This document shows, in pieces, positions 27,261 through 36,266 of a stretch of DNA of 64,000 nucleotides. The stretch lies in the NCBI GenBank assembly GCA_964612685.1, contig CAZTCF010000002.1, positions 212 through 64,211 on the forward strand, written 5' to 3'. Numbering within the stretch: the first letter of the stretch is position 1; the number at the start of each line of letters is the position of its first letter. A program made the translations under genes and the position numbers. The DNA comes from Candidatus Woesearchaeota archaeon. Lineage in GTDB: Archaea; Nanobdellota; Nanobdellia; Pacearchaeales; GW2011-AR1. The notes below the pieces were generated by a model. The model was given only the letters and a program-made list of their open reading frames with translations. It had not been told where the DNA came from and made no database searches.

Positions 27261-28921
27261 GCTTTCTTGCTAAGTGGCTGTCCTAGATACTTCTTGTAAA
27301 TATCTTTCACAATTGGATTTTCATGAGAACGTCTGTATTCACGCATACTGTCTTGCTTGTAAAGTGCTTGAGCTCTAAGTGTTAGCACTTTATCATCAGA
27401 GTATATTGGTTGTCCTCCTCCACCCACACATCCTCCAGGACAAGCCATCATTTCAATGAAATCATATTTGTCTTTATTTCTTAGAAGCTTTCTTATATTT
27501 GCTCCTCCAGACGCTGTAGCATAACGTATTTTTCTTCCATTAAGCATTATTGTCCCCTCTCTTATACTGCTATCTTTTGTTCTTAGATTTTGAAATTCAA
27601 CTTTTTCGAGACGTTTTTTTGTTGAGAGTTCATATGCTGTTCTTAATGCAGCTTCCATAACCCCTCCAGCTGCCCCAAAAATATCTCCTGCCCCACTTGC
27701 TAATCCCAGTGTTGGATCAAAATTGGAATCTTCTAGATTTGCAAAATCAATATTTTTTTGTTTTATTAATCTTCCAAGCTCTCTTGTTGTTAAAACATAA
27801 TCAACTCCTGTTTCTAATTCTGGTCTTGTTGACTCAAACTTCTTTGCTGTACATGGCATTATGCTCACCACGATTATATCCTTAGGATTAATCTTTGCAA
27901 GTTCTGCATAATAACTTTTTATTAACATCCCAGACATTTCATGAGGAGATTTACATGTTGACATATTAGGTATTAATTCTGGATAAAAGAATTCCATCAT
28001 TAATATCCAAGATGGACAGCAAGTTGTAATTAAAGGAAGCACTGCTTTTTTCCCCTGTTTCAATCTTTTAAGAAGTTCAGCTGATTCTTCCATTATTGTC
28101 ATATCTGCTCCTAAGTCAACATCAAAAACTTTATTGAAACCACATTTCTTTAAAGCAGAAACCATTTTTCCTGTAACTAAAGTTCCTGCAGGCATATCAA
28201 ATAATTCTCCTAGGCTTGCCCTTACTGCAGGAGCTGTCTGAGCTACAACATGCTTTTTAGGATTGTTTAATGCTTTGATAACTTCAGGAAGATGTGTACG
28301 TTCACTTATAGCCCCAACAGGACAATTAATTAAACACTGTCCACATTCAATACATGCAACATCTTCTAATTTCTTTTCATCGTATGGGGTTACATGTTCA
28401 TTATGAGCTCTACTTGAAAAGTCAATAGCATATATTTCTTGAATTTTACCACACACCTGAACACATTTACCACAATTAATACATTTATTGTTGTCTCTTA
28501 TTATTGCAGCACCTAAATCTGGATGATAATCTTTAATTGATTTGAATCTTTCATATTCAATTCCAATCTGGTCATACACTTCCTTTGCTTCAAAATCCCC
28601 TCCTAATTCTTTATATTCGATATCTGGACTCATTAATTCAAGATTGATTTTTCTTGATTTGATTATTTTTTCAGAATTAGTTACAATTACTGCATTCTCA
28701 ATAGGCTTTGTTGAACAAGACGTAACTAATTTTCCATTCATCTCAACTAAACACACCCTACATCTTGCTTCAGGAAAAAGATTTTTGTGGAAGCAGAGGG
28801 TTGGAATTTTGATATCGTTTTCTTTACAAATTGTTAAAATTGTTTTATTTGGGTCCACATCAAGTTGTTTGTTGTCTAGGGTTATTTTCATTTTAATGTT
28901 TGTAAAACTCTCCTTGCCCAT
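27215..28921 (-). CDS. hydA: [FeFe]-hydrogenase catalytic subunit HydA, multi-cluster form (N-terminal 2Fe-2S + His-ligated 4Fe-4S + 2x4Fe-4S + H-cluster domain)
   Basis: H-cluster motifs L1 ITTCCPSW, L2 IMPCTAKKFE and L3 IEMMACPGGCVGGGGQP. N-terminal plant-ferredoxin-like C-x11-C-x2-C...C, NuoG-like H-x3-C-x2-C-x5-C (HPDLG...CINCGKCVQVC), and CIECGQCLINCP ferredoxin motif. Confidence 0.85.
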   Translation of the reverse strand: MGKESFTNIKMKITLDNKQLDVDPNKTILTICKENDIKIPTLCFHKNLFPEARCRVCLVEMNGKLVTSCSTKPIENAVIVTNSEKIIKSRKINLELMSPDIEYKELGGDFEAKEVYDQIGIEYERFKSIKDYHPDLGAAIIRDNNKCINCGKCVQVCGKIQEIYAIDFSSRAHNEHVTPYDEKKLEDVACIECGQCLINCPVGAISERTHLPEVIKALNNPKKHVVAQTAPAVRASLGELFDMPAGTLVTGKMVSALKKCGFNKVFDVDLGADMTIMEESAELLKRLKQGKKAVLPLITTCCPSWILMMEFFYPELIPNMSTCKSPHEMSGMLIKSYYAELAKINPKDIIVVSIMPCTAKKFESTRPELETGVDYVLTTRELGRLIKQKNIDFANLEDSNFDPTLGLASGAGDIFGAAGGVMEAALRTAYELSTKKRLEKVEFQNLRTKDSSIREGTIMLNGRKIRYATASGGANIRKLLRNKDKYDFIEMMACPGGCVGGGGQPIYSDDKVLTLRAQALYKQDSMREYRRSHENPIVKDIYKKYLGQPLSKKAEKLLHTKYGKRERF

Positions 28922-29106
28922 TTTCTATCAGACTCTTTTTCTTTTTCAGATAATTTTGAATAAGGTTGTTTTATTTGTTTTTTCCATCTTTCTATATTTT
29001 CTTTTGTAAGATTCTTAAGCATATAATTAGTCCAGTGGGCCCATTGCTTATGTTCTAGATTAGCTAACTTTTCTATTAACGTTTTATCTTCTTGATTTAT
29101 TTTCAT
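28888..29106 (-). CDS. Small Trp/Lys/Glu-rich protein (72 aa from MKINQEDKTL...) encoded between hydB and hydA, translationally coupled
   Basis: ATG at 29106..29104 overlaps the hydB TGA stop (29105..29103) as ATGA. Its 3-prime end overlaps the hydA start by 34 nt. The track's longer 28888..29190 ORF extends into the hydB coding region. Confidence 0.4.
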   Translation of the reverse strand: MKINQEDKTLIEKLANLEHKQWAHWTNYMLKNLTKENIERWKKQIKQPYSKLSEKEKESDRKWARRVLQTLK

Positions 29107-30239
29107 TTTTTGATATACTCCATGTAATCCCCTTTGAAGTGTTCTAATGAAGTGAGTATATGAGCTGTTGAAGATTGTCCTAACCCGCACAAGCTAGTTT
29201 CTTTTATATGATATGAAAGCTCTTTCAACATCTCTAAATCTTTTTCATTTGCTTTTCTATCTCTAATCTTTTTTAGAATATTCAATACTCTGATTGTCCC
29301 CTCTCTACATGGAGTGCATTTTCCACATGATTCGTAAGTGTAAAATTTAGCTATACTTAAACAAATATCCACAATATTCCTATTTTTTCCTATAAAGATA
29401 ATTGTAAATGCTCCGTGCTGACAATCTTCTTTACATATCGTTTCAGTTGTTACCAACGAATTCTTATCTATAGGCATTATCCCACCAAAACATCCAAAGG
29501 AGAGAGCTTTTATTTCCTGAGTTGGTTTAACCGTATCAAGAATTGTTGACATCTTAACTCCTAACTCCCATTCATATATACCTGGATTTTCAACATCCCC
29601 TGAAATTGAAAAAAGCCTCAGATTTGGATTCCAATCTTTGTAAAGTAAAGCTTGTGCAACACAAGTAAGTGTTTCAACATTATTCAAAACAGTTGGACTC
29701 TCCCATAATCCCTCTTCAGTAGGGTAAGGGGGTTTGTACATTGATTGTCCTCTATATCCCATAATTGATTGCATTATTGCAGTCTCCTCCCCACAAATAT
29801 ATGCTCCTGCCCCTCTTACTATTTCAATCTCAACCTTATTTTGCATTTTAGATTTTTTAATTACTTCTTGAATTGTGTTTTCTAAATCTTCTCTTAAAAA
29901 TTCATACTCATTTCTTAAGTAAATAAATGCTCTTTTTACGCCTAGGACATAAGAAGCAATTAAGATGCCCTCAATTAAAGTTTCTGGATTATTTTTTAAA
30001 ATAAATCTATCCTTGAATGTTCCAGGTTCTCCCTCATCAGCATTACATATAAGATAAATTTCTTTAGATTTATTCTTTTTTTTACTATTAAGAGCAAGCT
30101 TCCACTTTTTTGCGAGTGGAAAGCTTGCACCACCTCTTCCTACCAAAGATTTTTTTTCAAGAATTTGTAGTACTTTTTCTGGCCCTAATTCTTTTGCAAG
30201 TTTCAATGCTTCAAGGTTTGTTTCTCTTAATATTTGCAT
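29103..30239 (-). CDS. hydB: NuoF-like NAD(P)H-binding flavoprotein subunit of the hydrogenase (HydB, minimal 378-aa form)
   Basis: GRGGASFPLAKKW (FMN/NADH region, like the NuoF GRGGAGFPTG.KW) and the 4Fe-4S motif ESCGKCTPCREGT. Confidence 0.8.
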   Translation of the reverse strand: MQILRETNLEALKLAKELGPEKVLQILEKKSLVGRGGASFPLAKKWKLALNSKKKNKSKEIYLICNADEGEPGTFKDRFILKNNPETLIEGILIASYVLGVKRAFIYLRNEYEFLREDLENTIQEVIKKSKMQNKVEIEIVRGAGAYICGEETAIMQSIMGYRGQSMYKPPYPTEEGLWESPTVLNNVETLTCVAQALLYKDWNPNLRLFSISGDVENPGIYEWELGVKMSTILDTVKPTQEIKALSFGCFGGIMPIDKNSLVTTETICKEDCQHGAFTIIFIGKNRNIVDICLSIAKFYTYESCGKCTPCREGTIRVLNILKKIRDRKANEKDLEMLKELSYHIKETSLCGLGQSSTAHILTSLEHFKGDYMEYIKK

Positions 30240-30275
30240 TTTTTGTATTATTTTATTTGTTAATTTTTAATTTGA

Positions 30276-30722
30276 CTATTTCTTCTTCAATTCATTTAAT
30301 AGCTTCTTTACTCTTTCGATAGTTAATTTGGTAAGGGGTTTTCCATTAAGAAGCATTGCAGGAGGTTCATCACAACATCCTATGCATGAAGTTTTATACA
30401 CTGAGAATTTCTTGTCTTTTGTTGTTTCACCAATTTTAATTTTGAGTTCTTTCTCAATGAACCTCTCTATATCCCTGCTTTCATTTAACACGCAAGTAGG
30501 TGAACCGCACAACTCAATTATGTATTTTCCTTGAGGTTCTGTTCTGAACATAGTGTAGAATTTAACAACCCCATATATTCTAGATATAGGAATTTGATAT
30601 TTGGTGCTAATTTGTTTCATTGCATCCACAGAAATATATCCTTTTTTATCCTGCTCCTCATGAAGAATGTTAAGCAAGATATCCTCTTTTTTCTCCCCTT
30701 TTTTTTCTTGTTTTTTCATCAT
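30276..30722 (-). CDS. hydC: NuoE-like thioredoxin-fold 2Fe-2S subunit (HydC)
   Basis: 148 aa, CGSPTCVLNESRD ... SCIGCCDEPP cysteine pattern of NuoE/HoxE. First gene of the hydC-hydB-x-hydA string. Confidence 0.75.
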   Translation of the reverse strand: MMKKQEKKGEKKEDILLNILHEEQDKKGYISVDAMKQISTKYQIPISRIYGVVKFYTMFRTEPQGKYIIELCGSPTCVLNESRDIERFIEKELKIKIGETTKDKKFSVYKTSCIGCCDEPPAMLLNGKPLTKLTIERVKKLLNELKKK

Positions 30723-30807
30723 CTTCTTTATTATAGTATGATTAGGTTGTTTTTAAAATTTTAGAAGCCATCATAAACTATTTAAAACGCTTTTAACTTT
30801 TTAAAGT

Positions 30808-31140
30808 ATGAAAGTGGTGAAAAGACCCTGGGGAATATTTAAACAATTTGCGCTTAATGAAAAATGTACTGTCAAAATTCTTGAAGTTAAACCAATGCAG
30901 GAATTAAGTTTACAGAAGCATAAAAACAGAGAAGAAAAATGGTATTTCATTACCCCAGGAATTGTTCAGATTGGGAAAAACATAAAGAAAATAAAAGAAG
31001 GAGAGATGGTAAAGATAAAAAAGAACACCCCACATAGACTTTTGGCAGGAGTAAATAAAGTTAAGGTTCTTGAGATATCATTTGGAAAATTCGATGAACA
31101 TGATGAAGTAAGGTTGGAGGATAAATATAATCGTAAATAG
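30808..31140 (+). CDS. Cupin-domain protein (mannose-6-phosphate isomerase type II C-terminal-like)
   Basis: 110 aa. LSLQKHKNREEKWYFITPGIVQIGK cupin motif 1-like and a PHRL region. Confidence 0.55.
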   Translation: MKVVKRPWGIFKQFALNEKCTVKILEVKPMQELSLQKHKNREEKWYFITPGIVQIGKNIKKIKEGEMVKIKKNTPHRLLAGVNKVKVLEISFGKFDEHDEVRLEDKYNRK

Positions 31141-31145
31141 ATAAA

Positions 31146-31961
31146 ATGACAAAAGTTATAGCAATTGATTTGGGGGGAACAAACCTTAGAGTTTCTCTAG
31201 TTAAAAACAACAAGATAATAAAATATGTAAAAAACAAAACCCCAAAAACCTCCAAAGAACTTATTGATTTAATGTTCAAAAACATTGAATTCCTAATGGA
31301 AAAGGATGTTGAGGGTATAGGAGTTGCAAGTGCTGGACCATTAGAAAAGGGGATAATAAAAAACCCTCCTAATCTTCCTTTAAGAAATTATAATCTTAAG
31401 GGAGCTCTTGAAAAAAGATTCAAAAAGAAAGTTGAAATATGTAATGATGCTCACTCAGTTGCTATTGCCGAATTAAAATTAGGTGTAAAGAAAAAGAACT
31501 TCATTGTCTTAACTCTTGGAACAGGGGTTGGAGGAGGAATAATTATCAATGGGCAATTATATGAAGGACAAGGATACGGGGGAGAGATGGGACATATTAT
31601 TCTTGACAATGGAAAAACATTTGAGAAATTAGTTGGATGGAAATACACAAAAGAATTATCCAGAAAAGCTTTTGGAAAAGAATTACTGATTAATGATTTA
31701 ATAAAGATGGATAATAAAAAAGCAAAAGAGATATTACACACAATAACAACTCATCTTGCACAAGGAATTGGAAGTTTAATCAATGTATTTGATCCAGAAG
31801 TTGTTGTTTTAGCAGGAGGGGTAAGAGAAACAGGTTCTGCCTATCTTAACCTTATTAAAAAAGAAGCTAAAAAATATTCAATCCTTCCAAGAAACACCCC
31901 TATTCAATGGAGTAAACTTGAACACCCTGGAACCTTGGGAGCAAGTTTGTTGATAAAATAA
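31146..31961 (+). CDS. ROK-family sugar kinase (glucokinase-like)
   Basis: IAIDLGGTNLRVSLV N-terminal ATPase motif, with GVGGGIIINGQLYEGQGYGGEMGHI (ROK Gly-rich/His region). Confidence 0.75.
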   Translation: MTKVIAIDLGGTNLRVSLVKNNKIIKYVKNKTPKTSKELIDLMFKNIEFLMEKDVEGIGVASAGPLEKGIIKNPPNLPLRNYNLKGALEKRFKKKVEICNDAHSVAIAELKLGVKKKNFIVLTLGTGVGGGIIINGQLYEGQGYGGEMGHIILDNGKTFEKLVGWKYTKELSRKAFGKELLINDLIKMDNKKAKEILHTITTHLAQGIGSLINVFDPEVVVLAGGVRETGSAYLNLIKKEAKKYSILPRNTPIQWSKLEHPGTLGASLLIK

Positions 31962-31962
31962 A

Positions 31963-32832
31963 ATGCCAAAACATCATATAAAAGCAAAAAGAATAATCTC
32001 TCCAGTAAGAATTGACTTTGCCGGAGGAACTACTGATATCTCTCCATTCAAAGATAAATACGGGGGGTGCGTATTAAATGCAACAATAAACAGATATGTG
32101 GAAGGAGAACTTATTGTTAACGACAAAAAAACTCATCTCGAATACACTGGAAATATCCCTACTTCCTCAGGATTAGGAACTTCTGGAGTTATGAACCTGG
32201 TCTGGTTAAGTTTAATCTCACAGAAAATTAACAAATTAGATGATAATGCAAGAAAAAAATTATCTGAAACTGTTTACAAAATGGAACAAGCAATGGGATT
32301 GGTAGGCGGGAAACAAGATCAGTATGCAAGTGCTTTTGGAGGAATAAACCTAATGAGATTCAATAAAGACAATGTTGAGGTAGAAAAATTAAAACTAAGA
32401 AAAGAATTCATTAAAAAATTAGAAAGTAAACTGGTTTTAGTTTATACGGGAAAACCACATTTTTCAGGAAACACTAATGGGGCAATGATGGATAATCTAA
32501 GAAAAGGAAAAAACAACTCTAATCTACTTAGAATAAAAAAAATTGCACTTGAAATGAAAGATGCTCTACTTAAAGAAGACCTGGAAAAATTTGCAGAATT
32601 AATGAATCAAGAAACTGGTGAAAGAAAGAAGCTTCACAAAAGCATTGTTCCAGAAAGCACACAAAAAATAATTTCCCAGGCAATGGAAAACGGAGCAATT
32701 GCAGCAAAAGTCTGCGGTTCAGGAGGAGGAGGAAGCATACTTTTTTTCGGAGACAAACAAAAGCTAAAACAAAAATTTAAGGATAAAGTAATTGATTTCA
32801 AATTTGACTTTCAGGGTTTAAGAATTTTGTAG
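31963..32832 (+). CDS. GHMP-family sugar/sugar-phosphate kinase
   Basis: GHMP motif IPTSSGLGTSGV and C-terminal KVCGSGGGGSILFF. Confidence 0.65.
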   Translation: MPKHHIKAKRIISPVRIDFAGGTTDISPFKDKYGGCVLNATINRYVEGELIVNDKKTHLEYTGNIPTSSGLGTSGVMNLVWLSLISQKINKLDDNARKKLSETVYKMEQAMGLVGGKQDQYASAFGGINLMRFNKDNVEVEKLKLRKEFIKKLESKLVLVYTGKPHFSGNTNGAMMDNLRKGKNNSNLLRIKKIALEMKDALLKEDLEKFAELMNQETGERKKLHKSIVPESTQKIISQAMENGAIAAKVCGSGGGGSILFFGDKQKLKQKFKDKVIDFKFDFQGLRIL

Positions 32833-32995
32833 AGTTTAATTAGCATATAACTAGATAAAACCTTGTTCAAATTATAATTTTTAATTATCTTAAGATCATT
32901 AATTATTGAATAAGTTACAGTTATAGAGTAAAATCATAAAATTGTTCAAATTACAATATATTGATAGATTATTAAGGATAACTAAATTATCATAA

Positions 32996-35221
32996 TCAAA
33001 CAATCGCCTTTCCTTTCTTTATCTCTTCAAGCATTAATCTTGAAATTAAGTATTCAATAGTTGACTCTGCACCCTGATTAAGATTTATTGAGCTCTTAGA
33101 TAGCCCATCATGACATCCGCCCGTAACATCATTATAAATCATTTGTTTTAAATGATTCTTTCCTAAAAACCAATTAAATGCAAGCACAGCGTTATTGTAA
33201 TAATCCTCCTTACCCGTAATCGCATATGCTGTTAAGTATGTTTGAACCATTGAAGATGCGTCTATAGGCTGTTGGTCAAAGAAACTCCTTACCCCATGTC
33301 TATTATACCACCCGTTCTGTCCAATAGGAGACAACTCATCCTTAACAAAAACCAAATTTGTTAAAAACTTCAAACTTTTCTCAGCAATCTCAAGATATTC
33401 TGGATTCTTTGTTAAATTATAAGCCAAAAAAAGAACCTCTGGAAGTTTTGAATTTGAATAAGTTAAATACCCTTCAAACCAATTCCACTCTTCTGTTGCC
33501 TCATTTTTGTAAGACTCTACCAAAGCATCTACTAGTTTAACTATCTTAGCTAATATCTGCTCATTCTTATATTTTTGATAATAATGATACATTCCAATCA
33601 AAGAAAATGCTTTAGCTCTTGGAGAACTATCCTCTTCAATATGAACATGAGATTTATCAAACATCTCTCTTGCCCTATTAATATGCTCTTCATTCCCCCC
33701 ATAATTTATTAAATGCCCTAATGCCCACAAAGTTCTTCCTATAGCATCCTCACTTGTAGATATAAGATTTTTACTCTCATACTCCATATCATTAAATCTA
33801 CCCTCTCCATCATGAACCTTTTCCAAGAAATCCAAATAAATCTTTGAAAGCTCTTTTGAAATCTCTGAGTTATATAATCTATCATGAATTGTAGCAACGA
33901 TTAATGCCCTGGCATTATCATCAACAGTATATCCTGATGAACTATCCGGAACAGCAAGCTTTGAAAATTGTATACATCCAACATGATCTGTAAGTGTCTT
34001 TAAATGATTCAATTTTATCTTAGGATATTTCTCTGTTGTTTCCTCTCTTAATTTAACAACTTTATTGAAAAGATGCAAATAACTAGAAGCAACATTTGGC
34101 CATATCATTGACCTTGCAAAAGCATAAGCATTTTGTTCTATTCTTTTTCTTAAATCAGGATTAGATAAAAGTTTATCTATACACTCTGCATAGGATTTTG
34201 GATTTTGTAATCCTGCCACAAGCCCCCTCTCTCCACTCAAAACTTCCTCTGCATATAAATTTGGAGTTGAAACAACTGCCTTCCCACACCCCATAGCATA
34301 AGACAATGTCCCAGAAACAATCTGATTTCTCTCTAAATTAGTCATAATATAGATGTCAGATGCAAGAAGATATTCTATTATCTCTTCTATATCAAGATAT
34401 TTATTGTAAAACTTAACGTTATCCTGCAACTTAAGTTTCTTAACCAAGTCCATTAAATAATTTCTATATTCTTCTCCCTCCCTCTTTCTTATAACAGGAT
34501 GCGTCTCACCTATAACCACATATAATATATTTGGATATTTCTTTACAAGATAAGGAAGAGCCTTAATCATATACTCAATACCTTTACCTCTGCTCAACAA
34601 TCCAAAAGTTGAAAGAACAATCTTATTGTCTAATCTCAATTTCTTCTTAAATGGCTCTGCATCCTTCAAGGGAGTATCTGGGATACCATGTCTTATCACA
34701 TGTATCTTGCTCTTAGGAACCCCATAATCATTATGGAGGATATCTATTGCACTCTCAGCCATTACTATCGTGGCAGCACACTTATCACATATAAACTTCA
34801 CCACATTCTTTCTCAAATTATTTGGCTGAGGAAGAACGCTATGAAAAGTTACTACAACCGGTTTAGTTACCGCCTCTAAAAAAGGAATAATATAACTCCC
34901 ATACTCTCCCCCAAATATCCCAAACTCGTGCTGTATACAAACTAATTTTATCTTATCCGAACGATTTATTTTCTTAGCCATATTTATGTAATCCTCAAGA
35001 TAATCTTTGTTCATCTGAAGAATAACTCTGCTATCATAATTGTAAATACTAGACTCCTCGTTCAATGCAATAACTCTTGATTTGACTTTAGGATTAAATT
35101 TCTTGTTTAAAGAAGTGATTAAATCTTGTGTAAAAGTTGCAATCCCACATTCCTTCGGGGGAAAATTACTAAGAAAACATATTTTTGAATCTTTAAATCC
35201 TTCCAGCTCTTTTTCATCCAT
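32996..35221 (-). CDS. Fusion protein: N-terminal GT4 glycosyltransferase plus C-terminal six-hairpin (alpha/alpha)6 glycosidase-like domain
   Basis: 741 aa. N-terminal half has a GT-B/GT4-like layout (GIPDTP, FGLLSRGKGIEYMIKAL, E..E-like region). C-terminal half is rich in aromatic helical repeats (VDDNARALIVATIHD...WNWFEGYLTYSN...) like GDE_C/GH63-type barrels. Confidence 0.5.
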   Translation of the reverse strand: MDEKELEGFKDSKICFLSNFPPKECGIATFTQDLITSLNKKFNPKVKSRVIALNEESSIYNYDSRVILQMNKDYLEDYINMAKKINRSDKIKLVCIQHEFGIFGGEYGSYIIPFLEAVTKPVVVTFHSVLPQPNNLRKNVVKFICDKCAATIVMAESAIDILHNDYGVPKSKIHVIRHGIPDTPLKDAEPFKKKLRLDNKIVLSTFGLLSRGKGIEYMIKALPYLVKKYPNILYVVIGETHPVIRKREGEEYRNYLMDLVKKLKLQDNVKFYNKYLDIEEIIEYLLASDIYIMTNLERNQIVSGTLSYAMGCGKAVVSTPNLYAEEVLSGERGLVAGLQNPKSYAECIDKLLSNPDLRKRIEQNAYAFARSMIWPNVASSYLHLFNKVVKLREETTEKYPKIKLNHLKTLTDHVGCIQFSKLAVPDSSSGYTVDDNARALIVATIHDRLYNSEISKELSKIYLDFLEKVHDGEGRFNDMEYESKNLISTSEDAIGRTLWALGHLINYGGNEEHINRAREMFDKSHVHIEEDSSPRAKAFSLIGMYHYYQKYKNEQILAKIVKLVDALVESYKNEATEEWNWFEGYLTYSNSKLPEVLFLAYNLTKNPEYLEIAEKSLKFLTNLVFVKDELSPIGQNGWYNRHGVRSFFDQQPIDASSMVQTYLTAYAITGKEDYYNNAVLAFNWFLGKNHLKQMIYNDVTGGCHDGLSKSSINLNQGAESTIEYLISRLMLEEIKKGKAIV

Positions 35222-35360
35222 CTCAACTACCTTAGGTAATAGTTAAATTAAAAAATTAAAGTTTATAAAAGCAACGCTTTTTCTTGGACCAACACACTTG
35301 TGCGCAAAATAAACCAAAGCTACAAATAAACTAAAGAAAACTTAATCCCCGACGATAAAA

Positions 35361-35738
35361 TCATATTTTTTTATAAAAACTTACAATCTTAAGTGTTAAG
35401 ATTGCGCTCAAGCTCCCGATTAAATCAACCCCCACATCTTTCACGCTCGCAAATCTCCCAACAACAAAGAGTTGATGAATCTCATCCGAGATTGCATAAG
35501 CCAATGAAATGAAAACAACAAATAAAACAGCATTTCTATCTAATCTCCCCCCTTTAAAAGAAAGCGAAAGGAAAAAAGTGAACATAAAAAAAACTCCAAA
35601 ATGATATATCGTTGATAGAATAGAACCCCCCACCCCCCCTTCTGGATTTGGAACACTAGAAAATAAGAATATAATCGCCCCCACAAGTACAGTCATAAAC
35701 AAATAAAATATTTTTATACCTTGATTTTTTTTCCTCAT
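35361..35738 (-). CDS. VanZ-like small membrane protein
   Basis: Four hydrophobic segments and a YAISDEIHQLFVVGRFASVKDVGVDLIG motif resembling the VanZ family. Confidence 0.45.
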   Translation of the reverse strand: MRKKNQGIKIFYLFMTVLVGAIIFLFSSVPNPEGGVGGSILSTIYHFGVFFMFTFFLSLSFKGGRLDRNAVLFVVFISLAYAISDEIHQLFVVGRFASVKDVGVDLIGSLSAILTLKIVSFYKKI

Positions 35739-35799
35739 TTAACTTCTTGAATAAACGGGTTTTTAAAATTAGAGATTCTCAACAAGACAAATTAAAAAA

Positions 35800-35873
35800 T
35801 GGCTTTGGGGAGATTCTAACTCCCGACCTCGGCCTCATGAGAGCCGCGCTCTAAACAACTGAGCTACAAAGCC
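35800..35873 (-). tRNA. tRNA-Met (anticodon CAT; elongator-type G1-C72; could be Ile2/CAU)
   Basis: Minus-strand 74-nt cloverleaf GGCTTTG-TA-GCTC-AGTTGTTTA-GAGC-G-CGGCT-CTCATGA-GGCCG-AGGTC-GGGAG-TTAGAAT-CTCCC-CAAAGCC-A. No encoded CCA. All stems pair. Confidence 0.85.
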
Positions 35874-35955
35874 ATAACAATCGATGTTGTTTTACCTTCA
35901 GATTTTAAACAACTAAACCATTTAAAAGTTTAACTTTTAGAAAAATATAACTTAA

Positions 35956-36159
35956 TTAAGCACTCATCTCGAGCTTAGCTTTCTCTTCCTGTCTTTTTAG
36001 CCTTGAAATTAACCCTGCAAGTCTATTTCTTATTCTCTTACTTGGCATCTCTCTTCCAAGTATTGCCTTATTCTTTTCAAAGTCTTTACTAAAACCCAAA
36101 TCCTCTTTTACAAGAGCATTTGCTGTCTTTCTTACTACCTTGGACTTTATTTTTCCCAT
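35956..36159 (-). CDS. rps17e: Ribosomal protein eS17 (S17e)
   Basis: 67 aa, MGKIKSKVVRKTA...SKRIRNRLAGLISRL matches the S17e N-terminal consensus. TATA-like tttaaaaa about 25 nt upstream, so leaderless. Confidence 0.75.
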   Translation of the reverse strand: MGKIKSKVVRKTANALVKEDLGFSKDFEKNKAILGREMPSKRIRNRLAGLISRLKRQEEKAKLEMSA

Positions 36160-36266
36160 CCTAATCCTTGTAAAAATTTGTTTTTAAAGGTTTTGATTAC
36201 CCTCTCCTCCTTCTTACTCCCTCCCCTCCCAAAACCCTTAAATATCCCTCCTGCCCAAATTATCCA

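Noticed and set aside
28888-29190. Full 100-aa track ORF overlapping the hydB 3-prime end
   Set aside because: The first 28 codons overlap hydB coding sequence. The internal ATG at 29106, coupled to the hydB stop, is the more plausible start
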